From Tubiluchus corallicola (Eukaryota > Animalia > Priapulida), in contig JAQGDQ010000324.1 of assembly GCA_030141605.1 (NCBI GenBank), positions 77,745 to 141,744 on the forward strand: a DNA stretch of 64,000 bases, read 5' to 3'. Position 1 is the first letter of the stretch. The number at the start of each line of letters is the position of its first letter. Below are positions 53,659 to 64,000 of the stretch, piece by piece. The notes beneath the pieces are model-generated. The model did not search any database. It was not told the origin of the DNA and was given only the letters and a program-made list of their open reading frames with translations. A program made the position numbers and the translations under genes.

Positions 53659-56393
53659 AAATGAGGCAACGAGCCTAAAAGAGACTAGATGCCTAAAATC
53701 AGTCATGCCACTTTATCATAAAATTCCATTTGAAAGAAATTGGCAATAATTATAAATTCATGTTTTTCCACAAGATGTTCGCTTACAACAAAAATGACAA
53801 AAATGACAACAAACAAATTAGCTGTTTTTTTCTATGAAACTATGTGCAGTCCAGTGCTGTGAAAAGTAACTCAAATGTTTATACAAGGCATGAGAAGCAC
53901 TTCTTACTCACAACACACACAGTATGCTTATGGACATTTAAATCAGTTAAAGATGCAAGTTTTGTTTAAAAATAGAAACCATGTACTACGCTTAAGTTCA
54001 TAAAACGTAGAAAAATAAATGATTTTTTTCTATTGGAACTAGTTGTTGCATTTTTGATTTTTCATTCATGTATCTGATGTATTTATTCTTGCCAGTATTT
54101 AACAATATCTGCAAACTAGTCTCAGATGACTATCAATGAAAGTCAAAAAAGTCAAAAAGATTCTTTTCCTTGGTTGCAAAAGAGACTGACTTTTTGTCCA
54201 TTTCTTTGCCTTTTTAACCTTTTTCACTTCCAACTTTTCTGGTAATTGTCAAATATTCCGGTGAGTAAGAAAGAATTTTTGACAGTGGGCCAATTTTTAA
54301 ATTTTGTTTCTTACTTAATCGCATGTTCAAGTGATAAAAGATTAAAGAAGCCAAATGAAACAAAGGGACCCCAGTTTATAGTTTATTCAACTTTAATGGC
54401 ACGTTCAGGCTAGCAAGTTTTCTGTCACGGGCAAACTCGCAAGTGTGAACTGCTTTGCGAATTGCTGCCAGCAAATTATTGCAAACTCTCTGCAGTTGAT
54501 GCGAGATGATTGCCTGCGAGTTACTGTCTAGCGTGAACACTTTGACGAGCTACTCTCGACACTGCTCACAGTGAATAGAGAAGAGAGTGTTAGCTCGCAC
54601 TTACTGTCGGAGAGTAACTAAATACCTAAACCAGTCATACCACTTTGTCAAAAGATTCCACCTGCAAACATTTGATATAGTTGGAAATTTATGGTTTTCC
54701 CAATATATTTGCTTGAAACAAAAAGTGACAAAAAATTTGCTTGTTTCATCCATGAAATTGTGTGCAGTCCAGTGCTGAGAAAAGTAACACAAAATGTTAA
54801 AGACGTGGCCTTTGTTTGAAAATAGGAACCAGGTACTACATTTAAATTCATAAAATCCAGAATGATGAATAAAGAAATTTCTATCAAAACTTGTTATAAG
54901 TTTTTGATATTTCATTCATGTATCTGATCTGTTTATTATTACCTGTATTGAATAACATGTGCAAATCAGTGTAAGACGAGTATCATTGAAAACCAATAAG
55001 GACGCTTTCTCTTTCTTTCCAACATTTCTCTGTGCAAGAAATTTGTTAACTACTGCAGTGAGCAATTATAGCCTGATAATGGCATAAGTTCTAAATTTTG
55101 TTTGTTACCTAATCGTACTTTCACATGATAAAAATACTGCAAAAGTCAATAGAATTCTAGTGAGTAATATTATTTTAAAAGTATTTTCACACATGCCGCG
55201 TTTCATTTAGGTTAAATTATCGCCACCCAGTGGGTGATCTAGAGAGCAAATAGAACAGAAACCAAAGCAAAATGCCCGACATTCATTACCACGAACATTG
55301 GTTGCATTTAGTACGAAACAAAGTGATCCCAGTTTAAAACTAACCAAAAGTAAATGAAAAAATTGTTATAGCTTATTCACCTTTAATGGCACGTTCAGGC
55401 TAGGGAGTTTTCTGTCATGGCAAACTCGCACGTGTGAACTGCTTTGTGAGTTACTGTCAGCAAGCTATTGCAAACTTTCCAACAGTTGCTGCTAGTTACT
55501 GTCTAGCGTGAACCCCTCGTAGAGTGACTCTCGAAACTTCTTGCAGTGCAAATACACAAAAATTCGAAAGATACTATGGTGCATGCGTTAGAATGTGGGA
55601 TGATGAGTTGTCTAACTAATTTTAATGTTGTCCAAAGCTTTTAAATTAAAACACAACTAAATCTGAAGAGATACGATTTTTGAGAAGTAATTAGTTATAT
55701 GTTAAACAATCTAAAATCCATGTGAGCGGCTTAACATACTTACTGTAATAATACTTAACATAATATTGTTACTTAACCTGATCAGCTACATACTTTGCTT
55801 AACTGTCAGTAGATCGGTTCAACTGGTCTATAAAAGAATATAAAACATGTACTACTACATGTAAGCATGTCCTCTGCAGGCTTTGAGTGTGTAAAACAAA
55901 GAAATCAAGCTAGGTATGAAGATTTGCTAATCACATAAATGTAATTTGCTTATGTACCTTTCCTCATACAAAATAGTACATAATGTGTCTGCTACGTTCC
56001 TTTTTTCATGTGCAGTTTTTCTTAAATTACAAGCTACTTAACTGCCTTAGATGGATACAACAACTGTTTAATACTCCAGCACTAATTTTTACTAATGCAT
56101 ATATTACAGGATGTCTAGTTCTCATAGAAGAATTTAAACTGCACTTATAGTTTATTGCAACTACATCTGTGCCAACTGCAAACTGCGGGAAATCCGTATT
56201 AGATGTTCTATTTAATCTGTTGCATCGTCATAAAATAACAAACTCGTTACCAAGGATACAGCGGTTAGTTGTAGGTTACCTAGGATTTGGGTTTCTTGGA
56301 TACTGCAAACAGCAAAATGAGACCATAAGGTGCCAGGCACTCATCAAATTTAAGAATCGTTCCTGAAGGAAGGGTACAAGCTGGACTTGTGAA

Positions 56394-56742
56394 ATGGATC
56401 GTAAGTAACATTACCTGTTAGCTTTACTACTTTGAATACCTAATATAAGCTTGTCTATTTGCTAACTTTATCGTTGTCACTTGTACACTTACAGAAGCAC
56501 AAGTTATTAAATTCACAACTACTTTCAGAACGTGTTTTTGGTTTGCAGGACCAAGATCTGCTAGTAGTTCCAGTAGGAGACGTTCTAGGGGAAGAAGGAG
56601 GTCACCACAAAGGCGCCGCCGCAGTCAAAGTGGCAGATCCAGAACTAGAAGATCTCAAAGTCGTAGAAAAAGCAAGAGCAGAATACGCAAGGCCAGGCCA
56701 GGTACGAAGCCAGGAGGAATATCAAATTGCAAAGTACAGTAG
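56394..56742 (+). CDS. RS-rich CaaX peptide, copy B, join(56394..56400,56549..56742), 66 aa MDRPRSASSSSRRRSRGRRRSPQRRRRSQSGRSRTRRSQSRRKSKSRIRKARPGTKPGGISNCKVQ
   Basis: gaaATGGATC/GTAAGT, 148-nt intron, gtttgcag acceptor. This frame is absent from the ORF track. Confidence 0.8.
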
Positions 56743-58016
56743 AAAAGAATGGAACCTAAAAGAGCCTAAATACCTAAACTAGTCATACCATTTTGCCAAG
56801 TGATTCCATCTGCAAAAATTGGACATAGTTGTAAATATGCGGTTTTTCCCAATATATTTGCTTGCAACAAAGAGTGACAAAAAATTCGTTTGTTTCACCC
56901 ATGAAATAGTGTGCGGTCCAGTGCTGAGAAAAGTAACACAAAAGCTTATTCAAGATGCGATAAGCACTTCTGTACACGACAGACAGTGTACTTATGGACA
57001 TCTAAATCAGTTAAAGATGCGAATTCCACTTTAAAATAGAAACCATGTACTCCATTTCTTTGTTTTTTTACTTCTTTTATTTCCAACATTCCTGCATACA
57101 AGGAATTTGTCAAGCATTCGAATCAGCAGATGGGCATCTGACAGTGGTTCAGGTGTTTTATATTTTTTTAACCTAAGTACACGGCCAAAGTGATAAAAAA
57201 AATTGCGGAAGCCATTAGAATTCTAGTGGGTAATATTATTTAAAGGTACTTTCACACATGCTGTGTTTCATTTTGGTTAAATTACCACGACGCAGCAGGT
57301 GAGAGAGCAAACAGAATAGAAACAAAAGCAAAATGTCTGACATTTGTTATCATGGACATTGTAACCACACAATTAAGTTTGAAACAAAGTGCCCCCAGGT
57401 TAGATCAAGAAAAAAAAGGAAACTATATTGCAGCTCATTCACAGTTAAGCCTTAACACAACTCAATCGCCATTTCATCATTTTCATTTTTAAGCTTTTCA
57501 AACACTATCATATTTTTCATTTCATCTCAGCTTCGTGCATAGTTTCAAGGCTTTATAGATTACGTAGTTTTCAATTAAGGCACGACGTTAAATTTTCTTA
57601 CTGGCTTAACTACAAGAGCAGATCTGACTGTTTGGCAGTTGCAAAAACCACAAAAGGAAAATCTATTTGGTAAATTCATTTCCACGAAATTCTTCAAAAC
57701 ATTCTGTTTGATTTGTCTTCGATTATTCCATGAAATGGCTATCGGAGAGAACAAGTTAAAAATAAAATGAGAAACAGAAGAACGAACGATGTTGAAAAAG
57801 CCAAACTAAGATCTACAAGTGATGGTATCTACATTTTTTAACTTGGTATCAGGATTTGTGATTTTGCCATGGCAGAATACTAAAGCTAAAAACGCTAGAA
57901 TAACTTGCTAAGAAGATTACAAATTGGAAATCACTGTTATTCAATTGTGATGTCATCAAATTCAAATGTCGTTCTTAATTTGTTAACTGATCTAACGGTA
58001 CAAGCTTGGGTGATCA

Positions 58017-58250
58017 ACGAAGCGTAAGTAACTTGGCATGTCTCCACTAGTATTTTGTCTGCCTAGTTTAGTCTACACTGTCTATTTGATAATGTATTTT
58101 TTGACATTGTATATTTAATTGTCTACTTTGTATATTTTACATGTCACTTGCACACGTACAGAATCACACGTTATTGTTTTATTTTCACAAAGCGAATTTT
58201 CACCTTACAGGACCAGGATCTCCCTGCAGTTCTAAAACCAGGTGCTACAA
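58017..58250 (+). pseudogene. Truncated family copy C (ACG in place of ATG; exon 2 breaks off after about 40 nt)
   Basis: acgaagc/gtaagtaac, homologous intron, ccttacag/gaccaggatct at 58211, then a junction into the upstream flank of copy D. Confidence 0.65.
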
Positions 58251-58345
58251 GCTGGAAATTATCATTGTTCAATTGTGACTTCATCAAATTCAAACGTCAT
58301 TCTTAATTTGTTAATCGAAGGAAGGGTACAAGCTGGACTAGTGAA

Positions 58346-58715
58346 ATGGCTCGTAAGTAACACTGCCTGTCAGCTCTAGTGTTTTATCTACCTAATCTAG
58401 TTTACTTTGTCTATTTGCTAGCCTTATCTCTGTCACTTGTACACCTATAGAACCACAAGTTATAGTTTCACAACTACTTTCAGAAAGAGTTTTCACTTTG
58501 CAGGACCTAGATCTACCAGTGGTTCCAGGAGCAGGCGTTCCAGGGGAAGACGAAGGTCAACAGAAAGACACCACCTTAGTCGAAGTGGCAGATCAAGAGC
58601 TAGAAGATCCCAAAGTCGTGGAAGAAGCAAGAGTAGAGCTCGCAGGACTAAACCAGAAGCGGCCAAAAGGGCATATTCACCAAACGATGGCCCACCTGGT
58701 TGCAATATATCGTAG
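58346..58715 (+). CDS. RS-rich CaaX peptide, copy D, join(58346..58352,58504..58715), 72 aa MARPRSTSGSRSRRSRGRRRSTERHHLSRSGRSRARRSQSRGRSKSRARRTKPEAAKRAYSPNDGPPGCNIS
   Basis: gaaATGGCTC/GTAAGT, 151-nt intron, tttgcag acceptor. Confidence 0.8.
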
Positions 58716-60961
58716 AAATGATTGAAGGAGAGGTGCCTAAATCCTTTCGCACACTTTGTAATAAAATCCTATCTGTAAAAAATGGAAATAATTGCAAATT
58801 GACATTTTCCCAAGATGTTTGTTTGCAACAAAAAGTGACAAGAAAATGACTTGTTTCATCTGTGAAACTGCGTGCAGTCAAAAGCTGAGAAAATAAGTCA
58901 GAGGTTTATGCAAAATGTAAGCAACACTAAATTCAAGTACTACAGACAGTACGCTTAACAGAGAAACTCCGTGATGCTCCTCAAAATGTACAAATGATAA
59001 AAGAAATATTCTTTATTATTGAAACTTGCTGTTATACTTTTGATTTGTATTTCAGACAGTCTTTAAATTCATAAATTAATTTTTTTCCTTTAAATGTGAA
59101 ATATAGCAACTTTGTAAAGTTTCAATTTTACACAAAAACAGAAAGCAAATGCTCTAGGTCTTTCTGATACCTTTAACTTTTTCTTGGTGGTTCATAAAAG
59201 AGGAAATGTGGTGTGAAGGTGTCACTTCCAAAGAAAGTCTGGAGCTTCATTTCACGTGTTCTACTCATTAGATGACCCCAGAAACTGCTTAGTCCTTAGT
59301 TATAGCAGTGTTTGTGTTTGATTATCACTTGTCAAAATTTGGCTGAGTAGCATTGCTTACAAATCCAGAGTCATAGAAATGACACCGTTATCCCAGCGTT
59401 ACTAGAATCTTCATTTAGTTTGCGTTTTCTGAAGTTTCAGGAACAAAAAAGTCGGTTAATTTTATTTGCACAATATTTCTGTTTGTCCCTTGCATAAGAA
59501 GTTTTTGCAGCAAAATAACTGCAGTAGAATTCATCACCTTAAAAATATCTCATTATCACACTGACTTGCTTACAGAAAACAGCTGGGTGATAACCAATCA
59601 GTGACTCATTGCTAGTTAACAAAATAAATTCATTTCTATGTATTTTCTTCAGAATGCTCTCAATTGTAACTGGCCTCGTTTATCGCCACAAAGTGGGTAA
59701 TTGAGAGAACAAGTTAAAATGATGATGATGGTTTTAATAAGAAAACAAAAAAAGAGAAGAACTAGGAATGTTGAAAAAGCAAAATGATGCACTTCAGGTG
59801 ATGGTTAAAGATTACAAGTGTTATTTCAAAGAAGATTTAAATGTCTAATACGTAAAAATGAGAATGATACTGCAGCACATGTGATGAAATGTGGAATGAT
59901 AGAAAAATATTGTGAAACTACAAAATTTTAAATGAAAACACCATTAAAACGTAGGAGGCAATTGATTTACGAGAAGTGATTAATTATATTAAACAAGCAA
60001 TGGAGATGAGAAAATGAAGAGGTTTTGAACTTACACTGCACAATGAAGACTAAGCAAAGAAGCTAAAAGAAGTTTGTAGTACCATAGCAAGTTATTTTAG
60101 CGCTTTTTAGCTTGCTCCAGAGTGTCTGGCATCTTATGCTCTCATTTTGTTGTTTGCAATATCCAAGTAGGAAGCTCAGAATCATAAGTAACCTAGGACT
60201 AAACTATGTAACCCTTGGTAATGAGTTTGGAATTTTATGATTGCACAATAGAAGAATTGATGCTAGTTTAATGTAGTTTGTAGCAAGTGCAAGACCTTGT
60301 GCATTTTCTTAATATTTAAACGACTTAATAGTGCCTGTTAGTTTAACAGAGTTTAATAGAGAAGACCATAAAAGTTATTCATATTACAGAAATTTATACA
60401 GCAAATTTATAAGTAGTGATACAGCTGGATGGTGGTATCACTTTTCTAGGCAAGACCTGGAATGAGTTGTCATGGTGAGAACAAATTAGAAATTACTGTT
60501 GTTCAATTATGATGTAATCAGATTCTATTGTGTTTCTTAATTTATCGTTTGATATATTTCGTGTGATTGTAATATGCATATATGTGTTTGTCAATCCTGT
60601 ATTTTACAGAAATCTCTATTTCTCATAGAAGATTTTAATCAAAGTTATAGTCGATAGCAAGTACAAACTACCGGATACTAGTATCAATTCTTCTATTGTG
60701 CTGTGATAAAATGCTAAACTCGTTACCAAATATTACATCGTTCATTGCTAAGTTACCTAAGATTCTGGACTTCCTACTTGGATATTTCAAACAGCAAAAT
60801 GAGAGCATGATATGCCAGACACTTTCTGGAGCAAGCTAAAAGCCCTAAAATAACTTGCTAAGGGACTGAAAATTAGTATTGTTCAAATGTGAGGTCATCA
60901 AGTTAAAATGTCATTCTTAATTTGTTATCTGAAGGAAGGGTACGAGCTGGACTAGTAAGAA

Positions 60962-61289
60962 ATGGATCGTAAGTAACATTACCTGTCAGCTTCACTATAT
61001 TTATTATTGTTTACTTAGTCAAGTCTACCTTGTCTAATAATTTTGCTAACCTCATCTTTGTCACTTGTACATCTACAGAGCCACAAGTTATTATTTCACA
61101 ACTAGTTTCAGAAATAGTTTTCACTTTGCAGGACTAAGATCTTCCCGTAGTTCCAGGAGCAGATGTTCCAGGGGAAGATGGAAGTGACCACAAAAGCGCC
61201 ACCGTAGTCGAAGTGGCAGATCAAGAGCTAGAAGATCCCGAAGTCGTGGAAGAAGCAAGAGTAAGAACAGGCAGGGCCAAACCACGTAG
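60962..61289 (+). pseudogene. RS-rich family copy E with premature stops
   Basis: ATG at 60962, donor at 60969, exon 2 from 61132. TCA to TGA at 61185-61187 and a second stop TAG at 61287-61289. Confidence 0.72.
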
Positions 61290-61424
61290 GGACGGAGACA
61301 TAATTCCATTTGTCACACCTCCTGCTGTTGTGGATTTTTACACCAGCCTGCTGTTGTGTGGATTGATAGTTGCAACAGTTCATTTTTCTTTAACTTTCAT
61401 TGTGTTTTCGTTTAATAATAAGTT

Positions 61425-63650
61425 ATAAGTTATATGTTAAACAATCTAAAATCCATGTGAGTGGCTCTCTTTGCCAAGAACCAAAGTGGTAACGGTACTG
61501 TTACTTAATCTGATCAGGTACATACTTTGCTTAACCATCAGGAGATCGGTTCAACTGGTCTATAAAAGAATATAAAACAAGTACTACTACATGTAAGCAT
61601 GTCCACTGGATGTGTAAAACAAAGAAATCAAGCTAGGTATGAAGATTTGCTAATCACATAAATGTAATTTGCTTATGTACCTTTCCTCATACAAAATAGT
61701 ACATAATGTGTCTGCTACGTTCCTTTTTTCATGTGCAGTTTTTCTTAAATTACAAGCTACTTAACTGCCTTTGATGGATACAACAATTGTTTAATACTCC
61801 AGCACTAATTTTTACTAATGCATATATTACAGGATGTCTAGTTCTCATAGAAGAATTTAAACTGCACTTATAGTTTATTGCAACTACATCTGTGACAACT
61901 GCAAACTCTAATTCTCATAGAAGAATTTAAACTGCACTTATAGTTTATTGCAACTACATATGTGCCAACTGCAAATTGCGGGAAATCTGTATTAGATGTT
62001 CTATTTAATCTGTTGCACTGTCATAAAATAATAAACTCGTTACCAAGGATAAAGCGGTTAGTAGTAGGTTACCTAGGATTTGGGTTTCTTGGATACTGCA
62101 AACAGCAAAATGAGACCATAAGGTGCCAGGCACTCATCAAATTTAAGAATCATTCCTGAAGGAAGGGTACAAGCTGGACTTGTGAAATGGATCGTAAGTA
62201 ACATTACCTGTTAGCTTTACTACTTTGAATACCTAATATAAGCTTGTCTATTTGCTAACTTTATCGTTGTCACTTGTACACTTACAGAAGCACAAGTTAT
62301 TAAATTCACAACTACTTTCAGAACGTGTTTTTGGTTTGCAGGACCAAGATCTGCCAGTAGTTCCAGGAGGAGACGTTCTAGGGGAAGAAGGAAGTCACTA
62401 CAAAGGCGCCGCCGCAGTCAAAGTGGCAGATCCAGAACTAGAAGATCTCAAAGTCGTAGAAAAAGCAAGAGCAGAATAAGCCAGGCCAGGCCAGGTACGA
62501 AGCCAGGAGGAATATCAAATTGCAAAGTACAGTAGAAAAGAATGGAACCTAAAAGAGCCTAAATACCTAAACCAGTCATACCATTTTGCCAAGTGATTCC
62601 ATCTGCAAAAATTGGACATAGTTGTAAATATGCGGTTTTTCCCAATATATTTGCTTGCAAGAAAGAGTGACAAAAAATTCATTTGTTTCACCCATGAAAT
62701 AGTGTGCGGTCCAGTGCTGAGAAAAGTAACACAAAAGTTTATTCAAGATGCGATAAGCACTTCTATACACGACAGACAGTGTACTTATGGACATAGATGT
62801 GGCTTTTGTTTGAAAATAAGAAACAGGTACTACGTTTAAATTCATAAAATGCAGAATGATGAATAAAGAATTCTTTATCGAAACTTGTTATAAGTTTTTG
62901 ATTTTTAATTCATGTATCTGATCTGTTTATTATTACCTGTATTGAATAATATGTGCAAATAGACGTGTATCTAGCCAATAATGTCTCTTTCTATTTTATT
63001 TCCAACATTTCTGCATGCAAGGAATTTGGGCAACTGTTCCAGTGAGCAATTATAGTCATCGATAAAGTTCTAAATTTTGTTTGTTACCTAATCGTGCATT
63101 CACGTGATAAAAATACTGTAAAAGCCACTAGAATTCTGGTGAGTAATATTATTTACGGGTATTTTCACGTACACCGTATTTCATTTAGGTCAAATTGTCA
63201 CCACCCAGTGGGTGATCTAGAGAGCAAACAGAACAGAAACCAAAGCAAAGATTCATCACCACGAATATTGGTTGCATTTAGTATGAAACAAACTGACCCC
63301 AATTTAGAACAAGCCAAAAGCAAATGGGAAAAGTGTTATAGCTTATTCACATTTAATGGCACGTTCAGGCTAGCGAGTTTTCTGTCATGGCAAACTCGCA
63401 AGTGTGAACTGCTTTGCGAGTTAATGGCAGCAAGTTGTTGCGAACTCTCCGCAGTTGATGCGTGTTACTGTCTAGTGTGAACCCCTCGTAGATACAAAAA
63501 ATGAGAGCGATACTACGGCGCATGTGTTAGAAAGTGGGATGCTGAGTCGTCCAACTAATTTTAATGTTGTCCACAGCTTTAAATGGAAACACAATTAAAT
63601 CTGAAGAAGCAGATCATTTTCGAGAAGTAATTAGTTATATTAAACTAGCA
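61425..63650 (+). repeat. Recent segmental duplication: 61425-62790 matches 55690-57000, and 62560-63650 matches 54615-55700
   Basis: Near-identical promoter, intron and 3' flank. The ORF track shows paired near-identical ORFs (56169/61962, 56459/62252, 56819/62612). Confidence 0.9.
62187..62535 (+). CDS. RS-rich CaaX peptide, copy F, join(62187..62193,62342..62535), 66 aa MDRPRSASSSRRRRSRGRRKSLQRRRRSQSGRSRTRRSQSRRKSKSRISQARPGTKPGGISNCKVQ
   Basis: Near-identical to copy B; intact ATG, splice sites and CaaX. Confidence 0.8.
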
Positions 63651-64000
63651 ATGGAGAAGAGAAAATGAAGAAGCATTTCTTCCATACACCAAAGACAGTA
63701 TGCTTATGGACATTTAAATCAGTTAAAGATGTGACTTCTGTTTTAAAATAGAAACCATGAACTACACTTAAGTTTATAAAACATAGAATAATAAATGAAA
63801 AATGGAACTTGTTGTTATAAATTTCTGATTTTTAACTCATATATCTGATCTGTTTATACTTACCAGTAGGAAAGCCAGTAATGGCTGTTTTTGCTTGGTT
63901 GCAGAAAATTCTGACTTTTTGTCCATTTCTTTGTTTTTTACTTTTTTTATTTCCAACATCTCAGCCTACAAGGAATTTGTCAACTATTCAATTTAGGAGA

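Noticed and set aside
61290-61415. Downstream in-frame CVFV* as a CaaX for copy E
   Set aside because: It lies after two in-frame stops in sequence not clearly homologous to the other tails; likely chance.
53444-62479. Acidic +1-frame ORFs over the family exon (QDLDLPVVP...EEGGHHK...VADQELED) listed in the ORF track
   Set aside because: Probably shadow frames of Arg/Ser codons. The conserved ATG splices into the RS frame, paralogue differences such as CGA/AGA, AGG/CGA and TCA/TCC/TCT are synonymous in the RS frame, and the +1 frames end at inconsistent positions (early stop in F vs B). Dual coding is not fully excluded for copy A.
53292-62535. Repeated exons of one large SR splicing factor
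   Set aside because: Each unit has its own ATG, stop and 3' flank, A, B and F have a TATA-like upstream region, and no RRM is present. A 2-nt indel just before the ATG of copy E fits untranslated sequence.

Overview
AT-rich animal (invertebrate-like) genomic DNA with spliceosomal introns, many MITEs and long microsatellites; no prokaryotic features. In order: (1) the 5' part of an alpha-actinin gene on the minus strand (ATG at 17405, gene runs off the left edge), with two 79-nt duplicated CH2 exons that must be mutually exclusive; (2) an intronless class A GPCR (+); (3) a gremlin/DAN-family BMP antagonist (-) inside a microsatellite-dense island; (4) an intronless GT-A glycosyltransferase-like gene resembling a plant/algal family (+); (5) two small heat-shock protein genes (-), one with two alpha-crystallin domains, both with heat-shock elements; (6) from about 51 kb to the end, a tandem array of tiny intron-split genes that the ORF track shows only partly. 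After splicing they encode 66-72 aa Arg/Ser-rich, protamine-like peptides, and every intact copy ends in a CaaX prenylation box (CTLL, CKVQ, CNIS, CKVQ) although the tails otherwise diverge. The array also holds two broken copies, and a divergent CAIQ-ending neighbour lies just upstream. This putative prenylated protamine-like family is the best candidate for an undescribed system. All gene models were read by eye; no searches were run.
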